DNA from: an uncultured bacterium
GTDB taxonomy: Bacteria > Oederibacteriota > Oederibacteriia > Oederibacteriales > Oederibacteriaceae
Length of the DNA stretch: 64,000 nucleotides
Assembly (NCBI GenBank): GCA_965112635.1
Contig: OZ218778.1
Coordinates: forward strand, 1,888,001-1,952,000
Direction: 5' to 3'
A model generated the notes under the pieces. The model saw nothing but the letters and a program-made list of their open reading frames with translations, had not been told where the DNA came from and ran no database searches. The position numbers and the translations under genes are program-made. Shown in pieces: positions 27,020-35,764 of this stretch (position 1 is the stretch's first letter; each line of letters begins with the position of its first letter).

Positions 27020-28030
27020 ATGTTGTTCATGAAAAAGAAAAAAGAAAAGGAACCCGGAGCCCTAAAGGTCGGGGTGGTGGGGATCGGGCATCTGGGCCAG
27101 CACCACGCCCGGATATACCACGAACTGCCTCAGAGCGAGCTGGTGGGGGTCGTGGACGCTTCCCTGGAAAGGGCCAAAGAGTTTGGGGACAGGTTCAACT
27201 GCTTCGCGTCCGACAAGTACCAGGACCTTTTTGAAAAAGTCCAGGCGGTTTCCATCGTGACCCCTACCTCCTGGCACTATCCCATAGCCCGGGAATTCCT
27301 GAAAAGGCGCATTCCGGTCCTGCTGGAAAAACCAATGACCCGCACCGCGGAACAGGCCAAGGCCCTCCTGGACATTTCCAAGCGCCTCAAAGTCCCTTTG
27401 CAGATCGGCCACGTGGAGAGGTTCAACGCGGCCATTGACATGCTCCAGAAGCTGAAACAGACCCCCCGGTTTATCGAGTCCATCCGGCAGGGGCCGTTCG
27501 ACGGCCGCGTCAAGGACACCGGCGTGGTCCTGGACCTCATGATCCACGACCTGGACATCATCCTGGACCTGGTGGACGATTCGCCGGTGGTCCAGCTAGA
27601 GGCGGTGGGCGTCAATGTGCTGACCGCTTTTGAAGATATTGCCAACGCCCGCATCCATTTCAAGAACGGCTGCGTGGCCAACGTGACGGCCAGCCGCATC
27701 AGTCCGGAGAGGCTGCGCAAGATCAGGGTGTTCCAACCCAGCTCCTACATCTCCATTGATTACATGAACCAGAAGGTCACGGTCCTCAAGCTCAAACAGG
27801 GCCTCCAGGCCGGCGGCAGTATAGACCCGCAGCATTGGCGCGACGCCATCCAGCGCGAACAGGTCCCCATCACGCGCAAGGAGCCCCTGCGCATGGAATT
27901 GATATCTTTTATCCAGTGCGTCAAGGAAAAGAAAGACCCCAAAGTGTCAGGCCAACACGGGTACGCGGCCCTCAAACTGGCCCTGGACATCGTCAAAGCC
28001 GTGCGTTTGCAGGGCCGCCGGTCCAGGTAG
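27020..28030 (+). CDS. Gfo/Idh/MocA-family oxidoreductase (GnnA-like by position)
   Basis: GVVGIGHLG..HAR, LEKP, GHVERFN, DLMIHD.D; directly upstream of lpxB. Confidence 0.85.
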   Translation: MLFMKKKKEKEPGALKVGVVGIGHLGQHHARIYHELPQSELVGVVDASLERAKEFGDRFNCFASDKYQDLFEKVQAVSIVTPTSWHYPIAREFLKRRIPVLLEKPMTRTAEQAKALLDISKRLKVPLQIGHVERFNAAIDMLQKLKQTPRFIESIRQGPFDGRVKDTGVVLDLMIHDLDIILDLVDDSPVVQLEAVGVNVLTAFEDIANARIHFKNGCVANVTASRISPERLRKIRVFQPSSYISIDYMNQKVTVLKLKQGLQAGGSIDPQHWRDAIQREQVPITRKEPLRMELISFIQCVKEKKDPKVSGQHGYAALKLALDIVKAVRLQGRRSR

Positions 28031-28037
28031 CGACAAG

Positions 28038-29171
28038 GTGAGCATGAAAAACCCTTTGAAGATCATGATCGTTGCCGGCGAGGCCTCGGCGGATGTATAC
28101 GGCAGTTTGCTGGCCAAAGAGATCCTGAAAAGCCGTCCGAGCACCCTCTTTTTCGGTTTTGGCGGAGGTCATATGGCCCGGGCCGGGGTCAAGATCGCCT
28201 ATCCTCTGGTCGACCTGGCGGTCATGGGCTGGGTCGCGGTTTTTAAGAACATCCGCACTTTCCGTTACCTCCTCAAGCTCAGCCACCAGATGCTCAGGTC
28301 CGAGCAGCCTGACGCTGTGGTCCTGATCGATTATCCCGGGTTTAATTTGAGGGTGGCGGAGCAGGCCAAAAAGCTGGGCATCCCCGTGATCTACTATATC
28401 AGCCCGCAGGTATGGGCCTGGAGGCCCAAGAGGATCCACCGCATCGCCGAGCTGGTTACCAAGATGCTGGTGGTGCTGCCCTTTGAGAAGGCTTTGTACG
28501 AGAAAGTGAACTGCCCCGTGGAATTCGTGGGCCATCCGCTGCTGGACGTGGTCAAGGACATCCGCAAGGCCAAAAAGCCCAGCCATAAAGCCCTGGTAAC
28601 CCTGCTGCCAGGAAGCCGAAAGGAGGAAATAGAGAGGCTGCTTCCCACGATGCTAAAAGTCGCGGAAAGGCTGACCGCCTACGAACCCATAGATTTTGTC
28701 CTGCCCCTGGCTTCCACCATCACGCGCTATATGGTCGACGGCCATTTGAGCCGGAGCAAGGTTTTCGTCAAGGTGATCACCAAGGATACCCTGGCCATGC
28801 GCAAGGCGGCGGACTTTGCCCTGGTAGCGTCCGGCACCGCCACCCTGGAAACCGCTTTGATGCAGATACCCATGGTCATCCTGTACAAGGTCTCTCCGGT
28901 CAATTACTGGATCGCCAAGCGGGTGGTTAATGTCTCCTACATCGGTTTGGTCAATATCGTGGCAGGCAAAAGGATCGTGCCGGAATTTTTGCAGGAACAG
29001 GTCCAGCCGGAACTTATCCTGCCCCAGGCCCTGGCCCTTTTGCAGGACACGGAGCAAAGGGCCCAGATGAAAAAGGACCTCAGGACCGTGGCTGTTTCCC
29101 TGGGAGAAGGCGGGGCTTCTCGCCTGGCGGCCATTGCGGTCCTCAAGGTCATCGAACAAAAACGGATATAG
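28038..29171 (+). CDS. lpxB: Lipid-A-disaccharide synthase
   Basis: AGEASAD, IDYPGFNL, YYISPQVWAWR, FVGHPL, LPGSR..EI, ASGTATLE. Confidence 0.96.
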   Translation: MSMKNPLKIMIVAGEASADVYGSLLAKEILKSRPSTLFFGFGGGHMARAGVKIAYPLVDLAVMGWVAVFKNIRTFRYLLKLSHQMLRSEQPDAVVLIDYPGFNLRVAEQAKKLGIPVIYYISPQVWAWRPKRIHRIAELVTKMLVVLPFEKALYEKVNCPVEFVGHPLLDVVKDIRKAKKPSHKALVTLLPGSRKEEIERLLPTMLKVAERLTAYEPIDFVLPLASTITRYMVDGHLSRSKVFVKVITKDTLAMRKAADFALVASGTATLETALMQIPMVILYKVSPVNYWIAKRVVNVSYIGLVNIVAGKRIVPEFLQEQVQPELILPQALALLQDTEQRAQMKKDLRTVAVSLGEGGASRLAAIAVLKVIEQKRI

Positions 29172-29227
29172 GTAAGCAAGCCTAACGGATTCTGTTATAC
29201 TGGTCCAAATTTTTGCTGGAGGATGTT

Positions 29228-30955
29228 TTGATAAAAAGGTATTTCAAACTACTTCTCTTTGCCAAACCCTATATCGGCAGGCTCGTGGCCGCGGCCCTGG
29301 CCATGGCCTGCCTGGCGGTAATATCCGGTGCGCCGGCTTTACTGACCCAGCAAACGATCGACCAATTCCTGGATAAAAGCAAGGATCCGAGGTTGATCCT
29401 GGGACTGGCCATTTTGATCGTAGTCGTTTTTTTCGTCAAAGGAGTTTTCTCTTACCTGCAAGATTATCTTATTGGTTCGGTAGGACACCGTGTCACCAGG
29501 GATATCAGGAATAAACTGAAAGCAAAGATCCATGAGCTTTCCCTGGATTATTTCACCCAGGAAAAGACCGGACAGATCATGTCGCGCTTTACCTACGATG
29601 TCCTGCAGATACGGCCGGGGATTACCGATGTCGTGGGCCGGGTCATCCGGGACGGCCTGACCCTGGTCGTGCTCGTGTCTATCGCCTTTTATATGAACTG
29701 GCGTATGGCGCTCCTGGCGTTCATCATTTTTCCGCCTGTCCTGTGGATCCTCTACAGTTTTGGGAAGCGTCTGACCAAAGCCAGCGGCCAGAGCATGGCC
29801 AGTATCGGAGACCTCACTTCTTTATTGCAAGAGGCCCTAAACAATATGCGTATCATCAAGGCTTTTGGCATGCAGGAATACGAAAAGGAGAGGTTTGCCA
29901 AAGAAAATGCCAAGTTGACCGACATCAATGTGGGTTATACCCGTATTACCTCGCGTTCGTCCCCAGTGGCAGAGTTTGGGGGCGCTGTGGGCATTGCTTT
30001 TTATTTTTGGTACGGCGGAATGCAGGTCCACAACTCCGTGATCACCCCAGGCGCTTTTTTTGCTTTCCTGGTAGCCCTGGCATCCATGTATAAACCCATC
30101 AGGGGTATCAGCGAATTGAATAATGTGCTGCCGACCGCTTTAGCCGCCTCTGACCGTATTTGCGAAATTCTGGAAACGCCACCCACCGTGACAGAAAAAC
30201 CCGGAGCGCAGGCAGTTCAGAAATTTGAGCGTTCCATTACGTATAAGAATGTGAGCTTTTCCTACGGCCGGAACGCGGTCGTGCTGGACAACCTCAATAT
30301 TGAAGTGGCCAAGGGCAAGGTGCTGGCCATTGTCGGGCCCAGCGGAGCGGGGAAGACCACGCTGGTGGACCTGCTGCCCAGGTTCTATGACCCGACCAGG
30401 GGAAGTGTCTTGATAGACGGCAAGGACATCCGGGAATTTACCCTGGACTCCCTGCGCTCCCTGATGGGCATCGTGACCCAGGAGACCATCCTGTTCAATG
30501 ATTCGGTCCGCAACAATATCGCCTACGGCAGGATGAGCGCCTCCCTGGAAGAGATCCAAAAGGCGGCCAAGGCCGCTTACGCCCATTCTTTCATCGAGAA
30601 CATGCCCATGGGATACGGGACCCTGATCGGAGAACGCGGGGTCAAACTTTCCGGCGGGGAGAGGCAGCGGGTGGCCATCGCCCGGGCCATTTTGAAAGAT
30701 CCCCAGATCCTTATCTTCGACGAAGCCACCTCGGCCCTGGACACGGAGTCCGAACGGCTGGTCCAAAGCGCCATCGAGGCGGTCATGGCCAACCGGACCA
30801 CCCTCGTTATCGCACACCGGCTTTCCACCATCCAGAGGGCCGACCAGATCCTGGTCCTGGAAAAAGGCAGGATCGTGGAGACGGGCACCCACCAGGAACT
30901 TTTGGGCAAGGGTGGGCTTTATAAAAAACTTTATGACATGCAGTTCCAAATATAA
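29228..30955 (+). CDS. msbA: Lipid A export ABC transporter (permease plus ATPase)
   Basis: 6-TM domain plus GPSGAGKTT, LSGGERQR, DEATSALD, IAHRLST; follows lpxB. TTG 29228 has a GGAGG RBS (ORF track starts at 29213). Confidence 0.85.
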   Translation: MIKRYFKLLLFAKPYIGRLVAAALAMACLAVISGAPALLTQQTIDQFLDKSKDPRLILGLAILIVVVFFVKGVFSYLQDYLIGSVGHRVTRDIRNKLKAKIHELSLDYFTQEKTGQIMSRFTYDVLQIRPGITDVVGRVIRDGLTLVVLVSIAFYMNWRMALLAFIIFPPVLWILYSFGKRLTKASGQSMASIGDLTSLLQEALNNMRIIKAFGMQEYEKERFAKENAKLTDINVGYTRITSRSSPVAEFGGAVGIAFYFWYGGMQVHNSVITPGAFFAFLVALASMYKPIRGISELNNVLPTALAASDRICEILETPPTVTEKPGAQAVQKFERSITYKNVSFSYGRNAVVLDNLNIEVAKGKVLAIVGPSGAGKTTLVDLLPRFYDPTRGSVLIDGKDIREFTLDSLRSLMGIVTQETILFNDSVRNNIAYGRMSASLEEIQKAAKAAYAHSFIENMPMGYGTLIGERGVKLSGGERQRVAIARAILKDPQILIFDEATSALDTESERLVQSAIEAVMANRTTLVIAHRLSTIQRADQILVLEKGRIVETGTHQELLGKGGLYKKLYDMQFQI

Positions 30956-30988
30956 AAACCAAACCAAAGTGAATGAGGAGCAGGGGCC

Positions 30989-31708
30989 GTGTCGCTAGCA
31001 ATAACCGTTTATGTGCCTGAATGTATTGTCATGGCGGCGGACAGCCGTCAATCCATCAAAATAGACACGGTCGAGCCGGGGAAGCAGCCTGTTTCCGTGG
31101 TCACTCCGGGTTCGGATGCCCTGAATAAGCTGTTCTTTTTTGAGCCGCAAAAGACCGGCGTGGTCACCTACGGCGACACTATGCCGGAAGGGAAGACCGT
31201 GGCCAGTTTTTTGGAAAGGTTCAGCACGGAAAGGCTGGAACCCGAGGACAAAGTGGGCCAGGTGGCCGGCAAGTTGAGGGGGTTCTTTTTTAACAGCCAT
31301 CCCCAGGCTGATACAGCCTTTCACGTGGCTGGCTTTGAAAAGCAGGGCCGCCAGAGCGTCCCGCATGTGTATCACGTCACGGCGGATTTCGTCAGGCGCG
31401 TCAATATCGTGGAAAACAGCAACCCCGCGGAGGTCATTTTCGGATGTACCTGGGGAGGAGAAGCCGACGTCATGGCTTCACTATTTTTGGGCCCTGGGCC
31501 GGAGGGGAAACCCAAGCCGCCGGTGGTTTGGGCCGCTTTTTCGCCCCAGGATGCCATTGATTTTAGCCTCTATGCCATGCGCACCACAATTGATACAATG
31601 AGATTCCAGGCCAGACCCAAAAGCGTGGGCGGGCCGATAGATATATTGCTTTTGACACCCACAGAGTGCTCGTTTATCAAGAAAAAAAAGATCGGGGTGG
31701 ATGTTTAA
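30989..31708 (+). CDS. Ntn-hydrolase of proteasome-beta/HslV-like fold
   Basis: N-terminal S-L-A-I...IVMAADSR, NKLF, C-terminal SVGGPIDILLL. Confidence 0.55.
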   Translation: MSLAITVYVPECIVMAADSRQSIKIDTVEPGKQPVSVVTPGSDALNKLFFFEPQKTGVVTYGDTMPEGKTVASFLERFSTERLEPEDKVGQVAGKLRGFFFNSHPQADTAFHVAGFEKQGRQSVPHVYHVTADFVRRVNIVENSNPAEVIFGCTWGGEADVMASLFLGPGPEGKPKPPVVWAAFSPQDAIDFSLYAMRTTIDTMRFQARPKSVGGPIDILLLTPTECSFIKKKKIGVDV

Positions 31709-31782
31709 AGCAAAGGTTCCGGGTTATTTATTTTCACTTGAAACCGGTAACTTGAAACTAGAAACTGTTTTTAGGAGGATGC

Positions 31783-32256
31783 ATGAGCGATATAAAGGTC
31801 GACAGGGCCAGCAGGGACGATTTCGGGGCCATTGCGGGGATCTGGGAAAGGCACAACACCGAGGTCGCCAAAAAGAACCCGGAGTTCCCGCTGAAGCGCA
31901 ATATGTCCTACTTGTTCAACGAGCATCTCAACAAGGTTTTTTTGGATCCCAAGCAGATCATCTTGGTGGCCAAAAAAAACGACAGCATCGTTGGGTTCGG
32001 GCTGGCCAATCTGGTCGATATGGCCATAGCGTTCAACTATCCCAAGATAGGCCACATCGAGAACCTTTGCGTGCTTGGGGGCGAGACAGCCAAGGAAGCC
32101 CAGGAAGCCCTGATCGAAGCCCTGGCCGCCTGGTTCAAATCAAAAGGGGCGGGGGCTTTGCAGTTGTCGCTCTACGACACCAGCCCTGAGGTCGTCAGCC
32201 CTTTCATCGACCTTGGTTTTAAGTTCGTCAAATCGGTCTTTGAGAAACGTATTTGA
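31783..32256 (+). CDS. GNAT-fold N-acetyltransferase-like protein
   Basis: AGGAGG RBS; ILVAK...IVGFG, GHIENLCV, LIEALAAW...GA..LQL, F..LGF. Confidence 0.65.
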   Translation: MSDIKVDRASRDDFGAIAGIWERHNTEVAKKNPEFPLKRNMSYLFNEHLNKVFLDPKQIILVAKKNDSIVGFGLANLVDMAIAFNYPKIGHIENLCVLGGETAKEAQEALIEALAAWFKSKGAGALQLSLYDTSPEVVSPFIDLGFKFVKSVFEKRI

Positions 32257-32945
32257 CCTCCGGGGATGATCCGCAAGCCATGGCTGAATCTTTCAAAGAC
32301 AGGTTGTTACTAGGCATCGTTTCCCGGCTAGGCCCCTTCTTCCTCCGTGTCTTGGGTCTTTCTCTCAGGATCAAAGAGGACGGCGTTCCCGGCCTCAGTC
32401 CCCGTCAATCAGAGAACCATAAGGCGATCTACGCTGTCTGGCACAGCCGGATGCTGGCCGGTGTCTACTATTACAGGAACCTGGATATCCGGGTCCTGGT
32501 CAGCATGAGCCGTGACGGGGAGCTCATCAGCCGGGTCGTGGAGAACTGCGGTTTCAAATCCATCCGGGGTTCGGTGAGCCGGGGCGGGGCGGGCGCTTTG
32601 CGAAAAATGCTGGAGGCCCTGGAGGCAGGCAAGCCTGTGGTCGTCACGCCCGACGGGCCCAAGGGACCTGAGCGAAAAGTGCAGGATGGCATTATTTTCC
32701 TGGCCCAGCAGAGCGGTCTGCCGGTCTATCCTATTGCCTTCAACAGTTCCAGGGGGATCCGCTTCAAAAGCTGGGACAAATTTTTATTGCCCCTTCCATT
32801 CAGCCGGGGAGTGTTCATCTGGGGCAATCCTGTGACCATGGCCAAGGACGCGGACAGCGCGGAACAGGGAAAGAAAAAACAGGAATTAGAGAACGAGCTG
32901 AACCGTATCACCGACCGGGCAGACCATTATTTTGAGAAAAAATAG
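32253..32945 (+). CDS. DUF374 / lysophospholipid acyltransferase family protein
   Basis: WHSR, S.SRDGE, IRGS..RGG, TPDGPKGP, SWDKF..PLPFSR. Confidence 0.85.
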   Translation: MTSGDDPQAMAESFKDRLLLGIVSRLGPFFLRVLGLSLRIKEDGVPGLSPRQSENHKAIYAVWHSRMLAGVYYYRNLDIRVLVSMSRDGELISRVVENCGFKSIRGSVSRGGAGALRKMLEALEAGKPVVVTPDGPKGPERKVQDGIIFLAQQSGLPVYPIAFNSSRGIRFKSWDKFLLPLPFSRGVFIWGNPVTMAKDADSAEQGKKKQELENELNRITDRADHYFEKK

Positions 32946-32968
32946 GGACCTTGCAGAGGTTGTCCAGA

Positions 32969-34007
32969 TCAAAAATCCAAGGTCAGGGTAATGCGGTGGG
33001 AGTCGCCGAGATTGGAATAGGGCACATAAGCGTAATCCAGGATCATCTGAATGGCCTGGAAGTCCAGGATATAACCCAACCCCACAGGTAAAAAGTATAG
33101 GCAGGGACATCTGCGTGGAAAAGCCCGCCCGCAGGCTGACACCCTGTGACCCGAAACGCGGGCTATAGTCCACCCCGAAATGGAACCCCATGTCCTGGCC
33201 GACCGTGTCGTAAGACACATCCGCGGTGGCCAGAATATCCTTTTGTTTGGGGATGTTATCCGGCTGCCCGCCGGTCATTTCTTCCAACTCCTGGATGTTG
33301 AACTTTTTGGCGGCCCCGAGTTTGACTAGCAGGGGCAGGGAGTAGCCGCTGATCGCCGGGCCGATGTTCTGGACCGCGACGCCCAAAGAACTGGACCCGG
33401 CGAATGGCCGGAGGATGGCGCCCACGTCAAAACCATAACCTTTGAAACCGATGTCCTGAAAACTTTCCTGCAGATACTTGACGGTGATGCCGACGTTGAT
33501 GGTGTGGAAAAAATGTTTTCCATAGCTCAGTTCCCCGAAGAACGAACTAAGATTATAGGAGTCCGGACTTGGGGAATAAAGGCTGGGCAGGGGGTAGCTA
33601 GGGTCCGTGGCCGGCGTCTCGCCGGCCATGCTGATGGGCGTGGAGGCCATTTTATTAAGGCATATCCCGATGCTTTCGCCCGGCACAAGGGGCAAGGCGT
33701 AGGCCACGCTGTCAAAGGTGACCCCTTCGAACCATTGGAGGTGGGTAAAGGACACTTCCTGATAGCGCAGGTCGCCCAACCCCGCGGGGTTCCAGTAGGC
33801 GGCCAGGGCGCCTGTCGCCACGGAAGTGTAGGCGTCGCCCAGGGCGGACGGCCGGGCGCCGAGGCTGATGAAGAACTCCTCGCCAGCCACGGTGCCTGCC
33901 GCTTGGGCCTCCACGGCGATGAGCGCAAGGGCCAATGCGGCCGCGATCGTTTTAATAGAATTGATCATCTTGTCCTTTTCCATTTTTTTAGAGCGTTTTA
34001 GCGGCAT
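32969..34007 (-). CDS. PorV/PorQ-like outer-membrane beta-barrel with a +1 frameshift at 33080-33083
   Basis: Signal peptide and GARPSALGDAY...YWNPAGL. The true C-terminus DYAYVPYSNLGDSHRITLTLDF lies in ORF 32969-33220. Confidence 0.8.
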
Positions 34008-34013
34008 CTTGGG

Positions 34014-35609
34014 TCAGGGTTTGACTAGGAACTTGCCCCGGTGAGTGTCTCCGCCGGAGATCACGTAATAGTAGACCCCGGGCGCCACCAGCTGGCCCTG
34101 GTCATTCCGGCCGTCCCAGGTGGCGTAAACATTGGACACGTGGAGGGATACCACCAGGCGTCCGGACAAGGTCCTGATGTCGATCGTGCTGCCCGGAGTC
34201 ACGTTCACGAATTTAAGCTCCTGGCCCGCGGCTTGGCTCAGGCTGAAAGGATTGGGATAGACCAGCAGGTTGCCCGTGCCGATCCAGACCGTGTTGCTGG
34301 AAAGCCCGAGGTAGTTCATGTTGCTGACCGTATCGAAATAATTGACCTGAAAATGGTTGGGGATCAGTTTGCCCAGTTGACTGGCCGTGTTGAGCTGGAC
34401 CGTGATATTCTCCGTGAAGGAGCCTCCAGGCGCCATATTCCCGATGTTCCACGCGACCAAGGGCGGGCTGTTGGTGGTAGGGGTGGGGTTGAGCTGCAAA
34501 ACCCCAAAGTCGCTGGCTATAGAGTCCCACATCACGATATTGTTGCACATTCCCGTGCCGTTGTTGGTGATGGCTAGGGTATAGCTGAGCCTGTCCCCCG
34601 GGTTAATTTTGACGTTAGAGACCGATTTGTTGAACCGCAGCTGGGGAGTGGGGGTCGGGGTCATGGTCGAAGTCGGGGTCTGGGTGGAGGTGAAGGTTTT
34701 GCTGGAAGTCAAAGTATAGGTCGGAGTGTAGGAGGAGGTGAAAGTGCAGGAGGAAGTAAAGGTCAGGGACGAGGTGAGCGTGCACGAGGGCGTGTAGGTC
34801 TGGCTGGGTGTGTAAGTGTTGGTAAAGGTCAAGGTCTGGGTGGGGGTCAAAGAGGGCGTATAAGTCAGGGACGGAGTGAATGTGTTGGTCGATGTATACG
34901 TGTTGGTATTGGTGGGGACAGGCGTCACCGTGGGGATCTGGGTCCCTATGGAAGTAGGTCCAAAGGCCAGGTCGTCGATGTAGCCGTAACAAAAATGTCC
35001 GCTGGGGTCGCAGTCGTGGGCTTCATACGAGACCGTCACGTTTTGACCGACAAAAGCACTAAGGTTATATCCGTAATTGGTCCAGGGCAGGTATTTCCAT
35101 TCATCTTCTTGGTCGCCGATATCCCAATAGCCTGGGTTTGGGGATGCTGGAAGTAACATGGCGGCGTTATCGTACCAACTAAATCTCTGGTCAAAAATGA
35201 CAGCGGCTCCGACCGTGATCCTGAAGCGGACATAGGCATCTGTGTCATAGGCGTTTCCAGCGAGAAAGTGGTGGCCGTTGAGGGAAGCCGCGATCCAAAC
35301 TGAAAGGAAGGCATTGCCAGGGGCGATGACATCTGATTGATATATTTGCGCATAGTCCGCGTGTGCATTGTCCCCAAATCCAGAATAAAGTTGACAGCAG
35401 TAGTTACCACCATGAGGAAGGACCAAGTTGTTGCCAGTGTTGTATCCGAAACCTGATCCAACCACGGTACAGGCAGGAGTATCCAGACCAAAAGCTGTGG
35501 TCCAACCCGTCAAATCGCCTGTTTCAAAACCACCGTTGACTTGGGCAAAGGCAAAAGCGGGGTAAAACCACCAAGCCAGAAGGCACAAAACTAAACAGAT
35601 TTTTTTCAT
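34014..35609 (-). CDS. Secreted protein: CBM-like head, Thr stalk, DUF11, C-terminal sorting-like domain
   Basis: MKKICLVLCLL signal peptide (ATG 35609); NGGFETGDLTGW; YPNPF...WDGRNDQGQLVAPGVYYY. Confidence 0.8.
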   Translation of the reverse strand: MKKICLVLCLLAWWFYPAFAFAQVNGGFETGDLTGWTTAFGLDTPACTVVGSGFGYNTGNNLVLPHGGNYCCQLYSGFGDNAHADYAQIYQSDVIAPGNAFLSVWIAASLNGHHFLAGNAYDTDAYVRFRITVGAAVIFDQRFSWYDNAAMLLPASPNPGYWDIGDQEDEWKYLPWTNYGYNLSAFVGQNVTVSYEAHDCDPSGHFCYGYIDDLAFGPTSIGTQIPTVTPVPTNTNTYTSTNTFTPSLTYTPSLTPTQTLTFTNTYTPSQTYTPSCTLTSSLTFTSSCTFTSSYTPTYTLTSSKTFTSTQTPTSTMTPTPTPQLRFNKSVSNVKINPGDRLSYTLAITNNGTGMCNNIVMWDSIASDFGVLQLNPTPTTNSPPLVAWNIGNMAPGGSFTENITVQLNTASQLGKLIPNHFQVNYFDTVSNMNYLGLSSNTVWIGTGNLLVYPNPFSLSQAAGQELKFVNVTPGSTIDIRTLSGRLVVSLHVSNVYATWDGRNDQGQLVAPGVYYYVISGGDTHRGKFLVKP

Positions 35610-35764
35610 TTTTATCCATCCTGACTTAAAACTAAGGAAACTGTATTCCAATTTAATTATATACTTTTTCGAAAAAAGTATTGAAAATATTGCTCTAGGC
35701 AATGGTAAACTGAATCAGTCTTTGAGGGAAAGCTCTAAAAAGTTTAGGGGAAAGGGTTTTTTAA

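Noticed and set aside
31733-31770. Short repeats ACTTGAAAC x2 and AGAAAC; overlapping ORF 31701-32189
   Set aside because: Too short to interpret; the ORF is a shadow of the GNAT gene, which has the AGGAGG RBS.
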